The position numbers and the translations under genes were made by a program. The notes beneath the pieces are model-generated. The model made no database searches and was not told where the DNA came from. It saw only the letters and a list, made by a program, of their open reading frames with translations. From Octopus sinensis (taxonomy: Eukaryota), in assembly GCF_006345805.1 (NCBI RefSeq), contig NC_043020.1:3844001-3908000 (forward strand): 64,000 nucleotides of DNA, in the 5' to 3' direction. How positions within the stretch are numbered: the first letter of the stretch is position 1; each line of letters starts with the position of its first letter. Positions 12,605 through 25,214 of this stretch are shown in pieces.

Positions 12605-13110
12605 AATAATAATAATAATAATAATAATAATGATAATAATAATAATAATAATAATAAAACTACTGAATAATAATAATAATAATAAACTACATTTACCTTT
12701 ATGAAATGTTGACTTCAACTCTGTACTTTGTATTTACTACTATATTGTATTGATGTTTTGGGTGCAATTAATATGTATTGTATGTAAAACACAAAATAAT
12801 ATGGATAATGAATTTTTTTACACTTCACTCATTAACTTCAATATTTACTGTGAGGTAAAGTTGCGGTTGCATGTCTTGAAATTAAATTCCAGTCACTCTG
12901 GCACGGGTAGCCACCTTAAATAAGCTATATCCTTTGCAAATATTTCAAATGTATTTGTGCAACCATGCAGTGATGTTAGCATAACAATGACATCTCATGT
13001 CTTGGGATGAATTGTTTTAATTCGTTTTTGTTATCTGAGAATCCTGAGCTCCATTACCAAGTCTGTTATTGAACCAATTATCAAATGACATTCTTTAAAA
13101 ACCCTTTGAT

Positions 13111-13263
<153 letters not shown>

Positions 13264-13596
13264 AAGAAGAGAAAAAGAGGGAGAGGGAGAGAGGTACAGG
13301 AAAGAGGGCAGAAACAGGTGTGCTGATGTAAAGAGGATACTTGGTTACCTGACCAGAGAGGAGAGCAAGAGGAGAGAGAAAGTGATCAAGAATGAGGGCA
13401 GAAATAGGTGAGCTGATGTAAAGAGGAGATACGTGACAATCATGCCAGAGGGAAGAGCAAGAGAAAGAGAAAGGGAGAGTGGGAAAGAGCAAAAGTGTAA
13501 GAGAGAGCAGGAGAGAGATGGAGGTGGTGAAGTGCCAAGGTATACTCAGCAGTAACAGGGATAAGAAAATAGACGGGGCGGGTGGGGTAAAGTGAG

Positions 13597-13822
13597 GAAG
13601 TTTGTTGAGGTAGTGTGTGTGAAAAGTTTGTTGAGGTAGTGTGTGAAAAGTTTGTTGAGGTAGGGTGTGTGTGAAAAGTTTGTTGAGGTAGGGTGTGTGA
13701 AAAGTTTGTTGAGGTAGTGTGTGTGAAAAGTTTGTTGAGGTAGTGTGTGTGAAAAGTTTGTTGAGGTAGGGTGTGTGAAAAGTTTGTTGAGGTAGGGTGT
13801 GTGAAAAGTTTGTTGAGGTAGG
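13597..13822. repeat. 24-28 bp minisatellite (AAAAGTTTGTTGAGGTAG+(G/T)(GT)n) x9
   Basis: Nine AAGTTTGTTGAGGTAG cores. Confidence 0.9.
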
Positions 13823-13859
13823 GTGGGACACAACACTTGTAGCACCCAGTTTCACTGAC

Positions 13860-14380
13860 ACAACTGGGTCTTCTCTAGAACCTCATGTCCCTAAACATCT
13901 CGGTCCTTTGTCATGTCCTCCGTGAGTCCTAACATCCTAAGATCAGTCCTCACCACTTCATCCCATGTCTTCATGCACCCCCCCCTTCCACAGGTACCGT
14001 CCACTTTCAGTGACAGACACTTCTATACACAGCTGTCTTCACTCATACACATCACATGTCCAAACCAACGCATTCTCCTCTCCTGCGGACCACATTTAAT
14101 CCTTCTTCTTATTCCTAACTTTTCTCTCAACACAGTTGTGCTTTGTTGGTCACGCACACTGATGTTGCAAATCCAACAGGGCATCCTACCTTTATTCCTC
14201 TCCAGCCTATGCATGCGATCTGCAGTCAGAGCCCATATCTCACTACCATGTAATATAGCTGTTCTCACACAAGCATCATACAATCTACCTTTCACTCTGA
14301 GAGAGGGTCCTTTTGCTGCCAACAGAAGTAGTAGCTCTCTAAACTTCATTCGATTCTTGCAATAACTATCTGCTATCTCA
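13860..14380 (-). mobile_element. RTE LINE 3' fragment
   Basis: KGRLYDACVRTAILHGSEIWAL...ERRMRWFGHVMCM...KTWDEVVRTDLR. Confidence 0.85.
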
Positions 14381-14679
14381 AAAGAGCCTCCGGGGCTTTT
14401 GATATATGTGGGCTTTTTCAGTTTTCATCAACCAAAGCCTTGTGAATAGATTTGGTAGACGGAAACTGAAAGAAGCTCATCATATATATGTATATGTATA
14501 TATGTGTGTGTGAGTGTTTGTGTGTCTGTGTTTGTCCCCCCAACATTGCTTGACAACCGGTGCTGGTGATTGTACGACCCTGTAACTTAGCAGTTTGGCA
14601 ATAGAGACCGATAGAATACGTACTAGGCTTACAAAGAATAAGTCCTGGGGTCGATTTGCTATTAAACTGAAATTCAATT

Positions 14680-16200
14680 GAAGCAATTTTTGTCTTCATT
14701 TAAATGCATTGCTTCTAAGACAGGTAATAATTGGCTCTTTGAAATTCCACTAGACAAGGAATACTCAACCAGCTGTCAGCTAATTCACTTCCAATTTTTC
14801 AGTTTTACTCTTTCCGCCGATGTCCACGTTCCTCAAGCAGTCCAAGAGTCAGTAGTGAGGAATGTCATTGTAGGTTTACCTCTAGTCTCTTCAATCAACA
14901 GCAAACTTCTTCCTTATTCACACCTCACCTTAATATTATGCATTTGATATACAACACATCAGCAGTTCCCCTTCATTTCCTTCTGAATCTCTTTTTGCTC
15001 TTTCGGTAAGAGATTCTTTTTCTTCAGAAAGTTATGCAATGCATCTACTTTGAAATCAGTCAATAATATCCAGAATAATGGTAAACATAGGCGTGTAATT
15101 AATGATCATCTCTCTCTCTACCTCTCTCTTCTTCTGTATCAGCACTGTCTTTCTTTTTGTCATCCATGTCAGCATACTATTTCCTACATTGTCAGTAAGA
15201 AACGGTTGTTTATGGTTTGTGCTTGAATAAGATTCTGAAGCCAGACTCTCAGAACATCATTTTCTGAAACATCTTTTCATTTCCTCATCTGTAATATTTA
15301 TACTCTCTTGTTTTCATCTATTTTCCATTTTGCTTTTCTGCAACCAGTTTGATTCCTTGCTGATTCCCTGCTATGTTGAATCTCTTTGCCTTAAATATAT
15401 AACCAAAGGTGGTGAGCTGGCAGAAACGTTAGCACGTCAGGCGAAATGCTTAGCGCTATTTCATCTGCCGTTACGTTCTGAGTTCAAATTCTGCCGAGGT
15501 CAACTTTGCCTTTCATCTTTTCGGGGTTCATAAATAAAGTACCAGTTACGCACTGAGGTCGATGTAATCGACTTAATCCGTTTGTCTGTCCTTGTTTGTC
15601 CCCTCTGTGTTTAGCCCCTTGTGGGTAATAAAGAAACATATATAACGAAAACTTTTTTGCTTCTACAGCATTTAAAACATCAATCTCTTGATGTCCATTT
15701 TTACTGTTCAGCAATTAGTAAAATTTCCTTCTATTGTCTTTGAAAAGCTTGTTCTGTTGATATTGGCTCATTCTTTGTTGGCAGCTTTTTTTATTTGACA
15801 TTGCCTTAACTCCTCTTTCAGTTACCTATCATTTTCAGGGTCCAGTGCACTTTCTTTGGAGACAGTTCATGTGTCTGTCCTTCACTATCTTCTTATATAT
15901 TATTACATTTTTCCTTCTAAGATTTCTATTCAGTCGGGTCACCTTGATTCTCAAATTTCCATTTTCAGCAGATGTCTTTGCAACCTTTTTTTCTTTGTTT
16001 TTGCTGGAAATTCCACAGTGGTTATTTACATCTCTTACATTATCAACTGGGATTTCTGTTAACAGCTCATCCAGCTTCTTAACTACCAACTCTAGTATTT
16101 TCCCCTACAATAGGGAAAAGCTGGTGGTCTCATTCTTTCACAAATTCATGTCTCATTTAGCCATCGTACTAAGCTACTTTCCTCCTATTTCACCCGGGCT
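14680..16200 (-). mobile_element. R4/Dong-like ORF remnant (N-terminal region into RT), interrupted by a SINE at 15408-15637
   Basis: QYQQNKLFKDNRRKFY..LNSK, ESINITDEEMK, WMTKRKTVLIQK, NLLPKEQK motifs across frameshifts. Confidence 0.6.
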
Positions 16201-16389
16201 ATTATTCGGTTGGTACAAAATTCATAGGGTTTTGCAATTGGTGGTGTTTAATCATGGTATTTCACCCATTGCTACATTCTGGGTTCAAATTCCACTGGGG
16301 TCAAATTTATATTTCATCCTTTTGTGGTTGATAAAATAAGTAACAGTTGTGTACTGGGGTTGATACAATCAACAATCCCTACCCCCCAA

Positions 16390-16767
16390 TATGTATATAT
16401 ATACACACACGTATATATATACATATATACATGTATACATATATATATACATATATATATATACATATATATATATACACATATACATATACACATATAC
16501 ATATATATATACATATATATACTACATATACATACATACATATATATATATATACTATATATATACATATACATGTATATATCATCATCATCATCGTTTA
16601 GCGTCCGTTTTCCATGCTATAATATACATTCACACATATATATATACATGTATATATATATATAATATATATACTATATATATATACATTATAGATATAT
16701 ATATATATATACTATATATATATACATATATATAATATTATATACATATATATACACACACACACAC

Positions 16768-16815
<48 letters not shown>

Positions 16816-16879
16816 TACACACACAACACACATATATACATATATATATATATACATATATATATACACACACACATAT

Positions 16880-16923
<44 letters not shown>

Positions 16924-17086
16924 ATATATATATATATATATAAACATGTATATATATATATATATACATGTATATATATATATATATATGTAATATCCAT
17001 GTATATATATTATATATAATACATGTATAGATATATATATATAGATATATATACATGTATATATATATATATATAGATATATATAT

Positions 17087-17125
<39 letters not shown>

Positions 17126-17126
17126 G

Positions 17127-17164
<38 letters not shown>

Positions 17165-17185
17165 ATATATAATATATATATATAT

Positions 17186-17229
<44 letters not shown>

Positions 17230-17317
17230 GTATATATAATATAATTATATATATATATACATGTATATATATATTATATATATATATATATATATACATG
17301 TATATATATATATATAT

Positions 17318-17391
<74 letters not shown>

Positions 17392-17540
17392 ATATATAAT
17401 ATATATACATGTATATATATATATATATATACATGTATTATATATATATATATACATGTAATAATTATATATATATATATATATATAATGTATATATATA
17501 TATATATATACATGTATATATATATATATATATATTATAT

Positions 17541-17589
<49 letters not shown>

Positions 17590-17626
17590 ATATATATATA
17601 TACATGTATATATATATATATACATG

Positions 17627-17658
<32 letters not shown>

Positions 17659-17700
17659 TGTATATATACACGTATATTTATATATATATATATATATATA
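16390..17700. repeat. ~1.3-kb (TA)n tract punctuated by CATG
   Basis: Recurrent (TA)n-CATG-(TA)n units. Confidence 0.95.
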
Positions 17701-18085
17701 CATGTTTAAGGCGGTAACCTGGCAGAAACGTTAGCACGCCGGGCGAAATGCGTAGTCGTATTTCATCTGCTATTACATTCTGAGTTCAACTTTGCCTTTC
17801 ATCCTTTCAGGGTCGATAAATAAAGTACCAGTTACGCACTGTGGTCGATGTAATCGACTTAATCCGTTTGTCTGTCCTTGTTTGTCCCCGCTGTGTTTAG
17901 CCCCTTGTGAGTAGCAAATAAATATATATATGTGTACATATATATATATACGTGTATATAAACATATATATATATATATACATGTATATGTGTGTATATA
18001 AATATATATACATATACTTGTATACATATACATATACATACATATATGTATACATATACATACATGTATACACGTGTATACATGT

Positions 18086-18127
<42 letters not shown>

Positions 18128-18287
18128 ACATACATATACATGCATGTATGTATATGTATATATAAAGAAAATATGCCGGAGAAAGAGAAAGAAAGTGAAA
18201 AAGGTGACTGAGAAGAAGAGAGAGAGAGGGAGAGTGAGGGGGGAGAAAGGCAGAGAGAACTGAACACAGCAAAGAACCGGTACCACC

Positions 18288-18321
<34 letters not shown>

Positions 18322-19025
18322 TTACTGCAGCAGCAGCATGTTGATAGGCGGTGGTTCACACATGATCATTTCAAATATCACTTGTGACTCGTTCACGCTA
18401 ATTCATTGGCAACATTTCGCTTCCACAAAGCATTTGTTATTGTAATTGTTGTTGTTGTTGTTGCTGACTTTACTCTAAAAAATGTTGATGTTGTTGTCGT
18501 AGCAGTTTGTTACTAATGCTTTGTTTCAACTATTATTAATATTGTTTCTTTTAGTAGTAAATGGTCACTCTATAGAATAACGTCTGAAATTATGTAATAG
18601 AACCCGAAACTGAAATTCCTTGAAATGTTTTTGATTTTGGCATCATAGGTTAGGATTCTAATAAATAAATGGTGCCAAGTAAAGAAAGAATAAGAAAAGC
18701 TGTGGAGATACCTTTCTCTTTTTTATAATTTTTCAGTTTTGACTTTACAAAATTGTTTTTTCCCCAGGTTTGTTTTTAAAAGAAATGCATATTTTTTAAG
18801 ACCCAAAATTTCAGACATTTAAGACGATTTTCGAAAAAAAGTCAAAACTGAAAAACTACCTAAAGTTTACCATTTATTTAAGGTTACTATTTATTTATTT
18901 TGTGAAATCTTTTTACCTTTTATCTTTTCCATTTTTCAGTCACTGGTCAGCAAACATGTTGGGCCACCATCTTGCAGGGTTTGCTCCAAAAAATCAATCG
19001 CTGCACTTTCTTTTTTTTTTATTAT

Positions 19026-19412
19026 AGGCGTAGGAGTGGCTGTGTGGTAAATAGCTTGCTTACCAACCACATGGTTCTGGGTTCAGTCCCACAGCGTGGC
19101 ACTTTGGGCAAGTGTCTTCTACTATAGCCTCAAGCTGACCAAAGCCTTGTGAGTGGATTTGGTAGACGGAAACTGAAAGAAGCCTGCTGTATATATCTAT
19201 ATATATATATGTGTGTGTGTCTGTGTTTGTCCCTCCAACATCACTTGACAACAGATGTTGGTGTGTTTACGTCCCCGTCACTTAGCGGTTTGGCAAAAGA
19301 GACTGATAGAATAAGTACTAGGTTTACAAAGAATAAGTCCTGGGGTTGATTTGTTCGACTAAAGGCGGTGCTCCAGCACAGCCACAATCAAATGACTGAA
19401 ACAAGTAAAAGA
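19026..19412 (+). mobile_element. SINE family B, near complete
   Basis: GGCGTAGGAGTGGCTGTGTGGTAA head, GGTTCAGTCCC B-box, TTGGGCAAGTGTCTTC core, internal (TA)(TG) tract, ...GACTGAAACAAGTAAAAGA tail; copies at 14418-14660, 26800-27060, 32597-32940, 34175-34420, 34583-34915, 49600-49735. Confidence 0.85.
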
Positions 19413-20152
19413 GTATTCTGTGATTGAGAAGGAAACTCTTTACCATACATCAAATGTTAAAAACACCCATCTGAAGAAATTAGAGGTTTGGATGCACTAG
19501 ATAATTCCCAATTCTCTTATATAACAACGCTAAACAATTAGATCGATTGTGGTGAACCCTGCCAACAAATAACCCAGACACCATATTCATGGAAAAGCAA
19601 TGTTTTCCAGTTGTTCTTTGAAACCAAATGTGTCTCTGCTGATTATGTTATAACCTTAATCCATACTCATCCTCTGACTCACCAACTACAACAGAATTGA
19701 TATCCTAAAACCAAGGCACCACATAAAAAGCACCAAATACACTCCGTAAGGTTGTTGGCTTTAGGAAGGGCATGCAACTGTAGAAGACAGGCCAAAACAG
19801 ATTATGGAATCACACACATAAATACAAGAGTTACAGAACGGAGTATGGAAGATCCAGGCTACATATGTTTCATAGTGAATGGAACCCCAGAAGTGGTAAA
19901 ATCCCAGTGAGGTGTCTACCTCCAGCTACTCTTCAGGCCAAGGATATCTTGATTAGATTAAAGGCTACATTGTTGCAAGGGGGTACATATTGACGCAAAG
20001 AAGATTCAATCAAAATGTGTGGAGGGTACAGAATGTAGGGGGTATATAAATGTGGGAAGAAATAAGTAATAGAAGGGAAGAAAGAGAAAGAAAAATAAAT
20101 AACTAAAATACAATATAGGGGAGTGAGAGAAAGGAGGAATTGGACAACACGG

Positions 20153-20209
20153 AATTTGGTCAGTGAACAGGTCGTGGTCCTCAAAGCGCCGAAAATATTT
20201 TGGCAAATT
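20153..20209 (+). ncRNA. type I hammerhead-ribozyme motif with G3-C8 core variant
   Basis: stem I AATTT(G)GTCA/TGGCAAATT, core GTGAACA, stem II GG..CC, GAAA, palindromic stem III AATATT, UUU triplet. Confidence 0.5.
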
Positions 20210-20714
20210 AAATTTAAATGTTGAAGTGAATCTAATGGTTTTTGTGTGTTTTTAAATGACTTATAAACACCTTCCATGCTCAGTTGTTTTCGTTCCAGCA
20301 ACAATCTCAGATCAGGTCACTTGCTATGCAAGTACATCTCCGTAATATATATATATATATACATATATATATTTCGCTTTTGGATTTGGTTTGCAAGATT
20401 CTTTATGTAAAACATATGGTCATGTGTGTATGTGTGCTTACATATTACCTATGTACCTACCCACCTGTATTATGTCTATCTGTTTACATTCATATCCATT
20501 TGCCTACATACATGTATATATACATATACACACATATATACATACATATATATATACATATATATATACACACACACACACACACATGTCCTTGTGTGAA
20601 GTGAAGTGCGTGTATATATGGTCATGTGTTTCAGTCTTCATTTATGTATATGTGTATGTGTACTTGTCTGTGCATGTTACCTATGTACCTATCAGTCAGT
20701 GTGTCTATCTGTTT

Positions 20715-21200
20715 ACATTCCATGGTAGTGAAACATGGGCTGTGACTGCAGAGGACATGTGTAGGCTTGAAAGAAATGAAGCTAGCATGATCCGCTGGAT
20801 GTGTGATGTCAGTGTGCACACACAACAGAGTGTAAGCGCACCGAGAGAAATGCTGGACATAAGAAGCATCAGATGTGGCGTGCAAGAGAGACGTTTGCGC
20901 TGGTATGGTCATGTACTACGGATGGATGAGGAGAGATGTGTGAAGAAGTGCCACTTCCAAACAGTTGAAGGAATCCAGGGTAGAGGTAGACCCAGGAAGA
21001 CATTGGATGAGGTGGTCAAGCAAGACCTTCGAACATTGGGCCTCACAGAGGCAATGACGAAAGACCAAGACCTGTGGAGATATGCTGTGGCTGCGAAGAC
21101 CCGACAAATAAAGTGAGTTCATGGCTGTTTCCTGCACCAGCTTCACATCGAATCCCCAACCCGTCCAAAGTACCTTGGATCACAGGACGACCTGCTGTGC
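20715..21200 (+). mobile_element. RTE LINE 3' end
   Basis: HGSETWAV...ERRLRWYGHVLRM...GRGRPRKTLDEVVKQDLRTLGL, stop and 3' UTR. Confidence 0.9.
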
Positions 21201-21916
21201 TTACCTGTGCTTGAGGAGACCTATTGAATCAAGTACATCAAAATAAATATCAAATGGAAATTGTAGTTGTGATACCTGTGCCGGTGGCACATAAAAAGCA
21301 CCATTCAAACATGGAAAATGCCAGTGCCGCCTTGACTGGCTTCTGTGCCGGTGGCATGTAAAAAGCACCAACCGATTGTGGCCACTGCCAGCTTCCCCTG
21401 GCACCCGTGCCGGTGGCACGTAAAAAGCACCCACTACACTCACTGAGTGGTTGGCATTATGAAGGGCATCCAGCTGTAGAAACACTGCCAGATCAGACTG
21501 GAGCCTGGTGCAGCCTCCTGGCTTCCCAAACCCCGGTCGAACTGTCCAACCTGTGCTAGCACGGAAAACGGATGTTAAACGATGATGTTGATGATGATGA
21601 TGATGACACATATATAATAATACAAAAATGGGACACGAACGCAAACATCCTTACAGTTAGGTGATACAAAAAAGGGACAAAACATCCAGACAGACGATAC
21701 AAAGAAAACAAAGATGGGTTATTTGGAGTTTTCTATCATCAGTCAAGTTCCAGATCATCTTTGCAATTTCAGCTGGTTATACTCAAGATTGCTCCAATCT
21801 GGCCAGCCCCAAGGAAAACCTAAGCTAAGAGCATTAGATTCCTTGGAAGAAAGCAGCGAATGTATACAAAGGATAGAAAGAAACAGGAAAGTTACACAAA
21901 TACAAATGCAATAAAC

Positions 21917-21954
<38 letters not shown>

Positions 21955-21955
<1 letters not shown>

Positions 21956-22362
21956 GTCCGTGGTCAGCCTCGCCTGGCCCCCGTGCCGGTGGCACGTAAA
22001 AGCACCATCCGTTCGTGTCCGTTGCCAGCCTCGCCTGGCCCCCGTGCCGGTGGCACGTAAAAGCACCATCCGTTCGTGTCTGTTGCCAGCCTCGCCTGGC
22101 CCCCGTGCCGGTGGCACGTAAAAGCACCATCCGTTCATGGCCGTTTGCCAGCTCCGTCTGGCTCCTGTGCGGGTGGCACGTAAAAAGCACCCACTACACT
22201 CATGGAGTGGTTGGCGTTAGGAAGGGCATCCAGCCGTAGAAACACTGCCAGATCAGACTGGGCCTGATGCAGCCTTCTGGCTTCACAGACCCCAGTTGAA
22301 CCGTCCAACCCATGCTAGCATGGAAAGCGGACGCTAAATGATGATGATGATGATGATGATGA
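21955..22362 (+). mobile_element. SINE family C with three internal ~60-bp tandem repeats and (GAT)n tail
   Basis: CAGCCTCGCCTGGCCCCCGTGCCGGTGGCACGTAAAAGCACC at 21966, 22026, 22087. Confidence 0.85.
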
Positions 22363-22559
22363 TATCAAACAAATGCAAGGTCATCCACATAACATTTCAT
22401 ATCTCGAACATTTAATCATAGAACATACATTTATGACATCACGGAAGATGAAACATAACTCATCTGTACAAGCATATAAGAAAATGCCAGAAAAATGTGT
22501 GAATACAGTTCATCACGGTTAAAAGTTAATACTTTAGCGATTAAGAAATGTATATTTTT

Positions 22560-23699
22560 TAAAAAACATTACAACACCTAGAAATCTTTTAAAAAATACT
22601 TTTCAGGTAAGGGAAACCTATAGTTAAAAGCCAGTGTCCAAGCAAAAAAGAAGAAACCATATTTACATTCCCTGTGGCCATTTCAGGGGTACATCACTAG
22701 GGTGCATCACAATAATAACTCCTTCGTCAGGGGAAAAAATAGAGAGACAGACATCATCACGTACCAGGGCGAGACCTCCTTAACCAGACTTAACACAATA
22801 TTGTGTGCTTTCTTATTGAAGAAGTCATGCTTAGATGAGCCCAGAAGAAAGAATTAAAGCAGTAAAAAAAAAAAAAACAGTTAAAGTTTTTTTATAAATT
22901 AAAAAAAAAAAATGGGTGTATTAAATCAAATTCAACCTCCGTGGTTTCAATTCCCTGTAAGAGCTAAATTATTTGGTTTGCTACAACTTATTTTATTCCT
23001 ATACACTTTTAAGAATGTAGATGAAAATTTATGGATGCAAAAAGGAATCACGTCAGTAAATTTATCCAGAGTGTGTGGTCCATAACCCCTAAGGGTGGTA
23101 AGGGATTCCCTTATGCACGGCTTACACCTGTTAATATTTCCCTTGAAATTTGGGGTTTTAGAGATAATGGACCATTCTAGATAATAATTCTTATTATTTT
23201 TCTTCAAATTATGTATATGGGATGCAAGTGTTGTTGAATTACAATATTTATCGTTAGAAAATGAGCTCGTATGTGATCTATATCTAGCCTTAAAATCTAC
23301 CGTGCTACCTATATAAAATTTATTTAACTTATCCTCGTCCTTGACTATACATTTATATATGACATTAGTAACTAGACAGGAACCATCTAAAGGACATAAT
23401 TCGGGGTTTCTACAATTACATTTCTTCCCGGGGCCTTTCCTAGTTTTATTTCTATTGTTACCATTACTTTTTGTGTCTCCAGTTCTAGACAGGTTTTCCT
23501 CTTTCATTCCATCAAATCTTCCCTTATTACATGGGTTCGATAGACCCGGTAAAGGCAGACTATTTGTACCATTGGCATTAGGCGTTACAGAATTATTATT
23601 TGCAGGTCCTTGGTCATCTTCAAAAGAACTTTTCCAGCAATTCCGCCCAGCAAGCTTGCTTCTATTGATTGATGCAATAATCGAAGCAAAGTTAGGCAT
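22560..23699 (-). mobile_element. Penelope-like element 3' part (GIY-YIG endonuclease, Naiad-type CxCx5C motif) with pLTR
   Basis: CNCRNPELCPLDGSCLVTNVIYKCIV..FYIGSTVDFKARYRSH..LEWSII..RCKPCIRE; hammerhead motif downstream. Confidence 0.85.
22668..22735 (-). ncRNA. type I hammerhead-ribozyme motif in PLE pLTR (U16.1 replaced by C)
   Basis: TTCCC-CTGACGA-AGGAGT..ACCCCT-GAAA-TGGCCA-CA-GGGAA. Confidence 0.65.
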
Positions 23700-23734
23700 T
23701 TATATATATACACATATAAATATACAATCGCGCG

Positions 23735-24330
23735 TTACAAGGCAGAGAATAAGTGGTAGTCAGAAGGGGCAAGGTCAGGAGAATACAGTGGGTGCACCGT
23801 AATCTCCCAGCCCACCTCCTTCAGCTACCCTGACATCTTCTTTGCACGATGTGCTGGCGTGTTGTCTTGGTGCTAAATTATATTCTTCAAATTTGAGCGT
23901 ATTTCGGCAAGTGCAATCTTTAGAGGGTTGATTTCTTCACAGTAGACATTCTTGTCAACGGTCGTATTGCATGGTAATCCCACCAAAGTGAGATCATAAC
24001 CTTCTTTTGCACAAGCGGTCATTTAGTAAAGGTTTTGACTGTTGACCTTTGCTACACCAGGATCGTCTGTGCCTCACGTACAGTACCCACTTTTCATCCA
24101 TAGTGATTCCTGACTCCAACCATTCCAAACTTCGGCTTCGCCAGAGCAGACTTTGACATGCAGTGACACGTGCTTGTTTGTTCCCTTCAGTCAATTCATG
24201 TGGCACCCATTTTCCAAGACGATGCAGGTGGTTGATGATCGGGACATGGGAGACGCCAAACTGTACCACAAGTTGAGGTACAGTTTGCATTGGATCAGCT
24301 TCAATGATTTGTTCAAGAACTTTCACAGAT
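23735..24330 (-). mobile_element. mariner (DD34D) transposase remnant
   Basis: WVPHEL, ITMDEKWVLY, LGWEITVHPLYSPDLAPSDYHLF. Confidence 0.9.
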
Positions 24331-25064
24331 CCTCCTCCATGTTTAACAGTTGGAAGAAAGCAGTCAGGGGTCAAATGCTTCTTTTGACTGTCTCCACACA
24401 TATACTCAGCCGGTGGTTACAAATAAGGTAAAGAATGATTCCTCTGAGAAACTAACATTCTTCCACTGCTCAATTCCGCAGGTTTTTACTCCACTCTAAA
24501 CTTTTTGCAACATTTGTTTTTAAAAGAAGTGGTTTTCTGATTGCAGCCCTCCCATGAAATCCAGCTTTGTGCAGCTCCCGGCAAACAATTTTGTGAAACT
24601 GGATTCTTGAGGTGGTCATTAAGCTCTGCAGTAATTTTGGGAGCTGCACTTTTGTCATCCTTTCTAACAATTCACATAAGAGTCTGAGGGTCCCTATCTG
24701 AATGTTTCGGTTTCTTCCAGAGTTTTGTTTCAACAAGGAGGTTTCTCCCTCTTTCTCAAAGGCTGTCCTTATTTGCAAGACAGTACTTCTTGATACACAA
24801 ACCATTTCGACTGTTTTCGTTACGCTAGTACCTGCCATACAAGCACCAACAATTTGACCTCATTGAAAGTCTAATAGATCTGTCATTTTAATGAATTTTA
24901 ATTACCTTTTTCTGATAATATCTGAAAAGAAACAGCAATTTTAGCAAAACATATTAAGCAATAATGATAATAAATTAAAAAACATAAAAATAAACAAGCA
25001 TTTCACGGTTTTATAGATATTTTAAAATTATGCTGGGTGTTTCCATTATTTTGTCCAACTCCTG
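24320..25064 (-). mobile_element. Tc1 (DD34E-type) element, 5' half with TIR
   Basis: TA-CAGGAGTTGGACAAAATAATGGAAACACC end; SGRNR, RELHKAGFHGRAAIRKPLL, PTVKHGGGSV. Confidence 0.85.
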
Positions 25065-25214
25065 TACACACACACACATTATTTAGTCATTGGTAAGGCT
25101 AGTCAGAAAGTTACAATTGGTTTCATGTCTATTATTGCTCATAGTAAGGTAGGTGACTCATGAGAACTGCTGGCCATAGGAACATAACCTCTTTACTACT
25201 GGAGGTAAGAAGCA

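Noticed and set aside
16314-18360. Many long Y/I/C/M-rich ORFs
   Set aside because: Translations of (TA)n/(CA)n microsatellite; not coding.
19683-19705. 22-nt micro-exon-like segment on the minus strand
   Set aside because: The acceptor lies inside an antisense SINE remnant; there is no independent support.
21740-21850. Hammerhead-like trace on the minus strand (GCTGG..CCAGC-T-GAAA-TTGCAA)
   Set aside because: The CUGANGA core and the UH triplet are both missing.
22947-23699. Selenocysteine recoding in the Naiad-type endonuclease
   Set aside because: No in-frame UGA in the ORF; the conserved positions are Cys codons.
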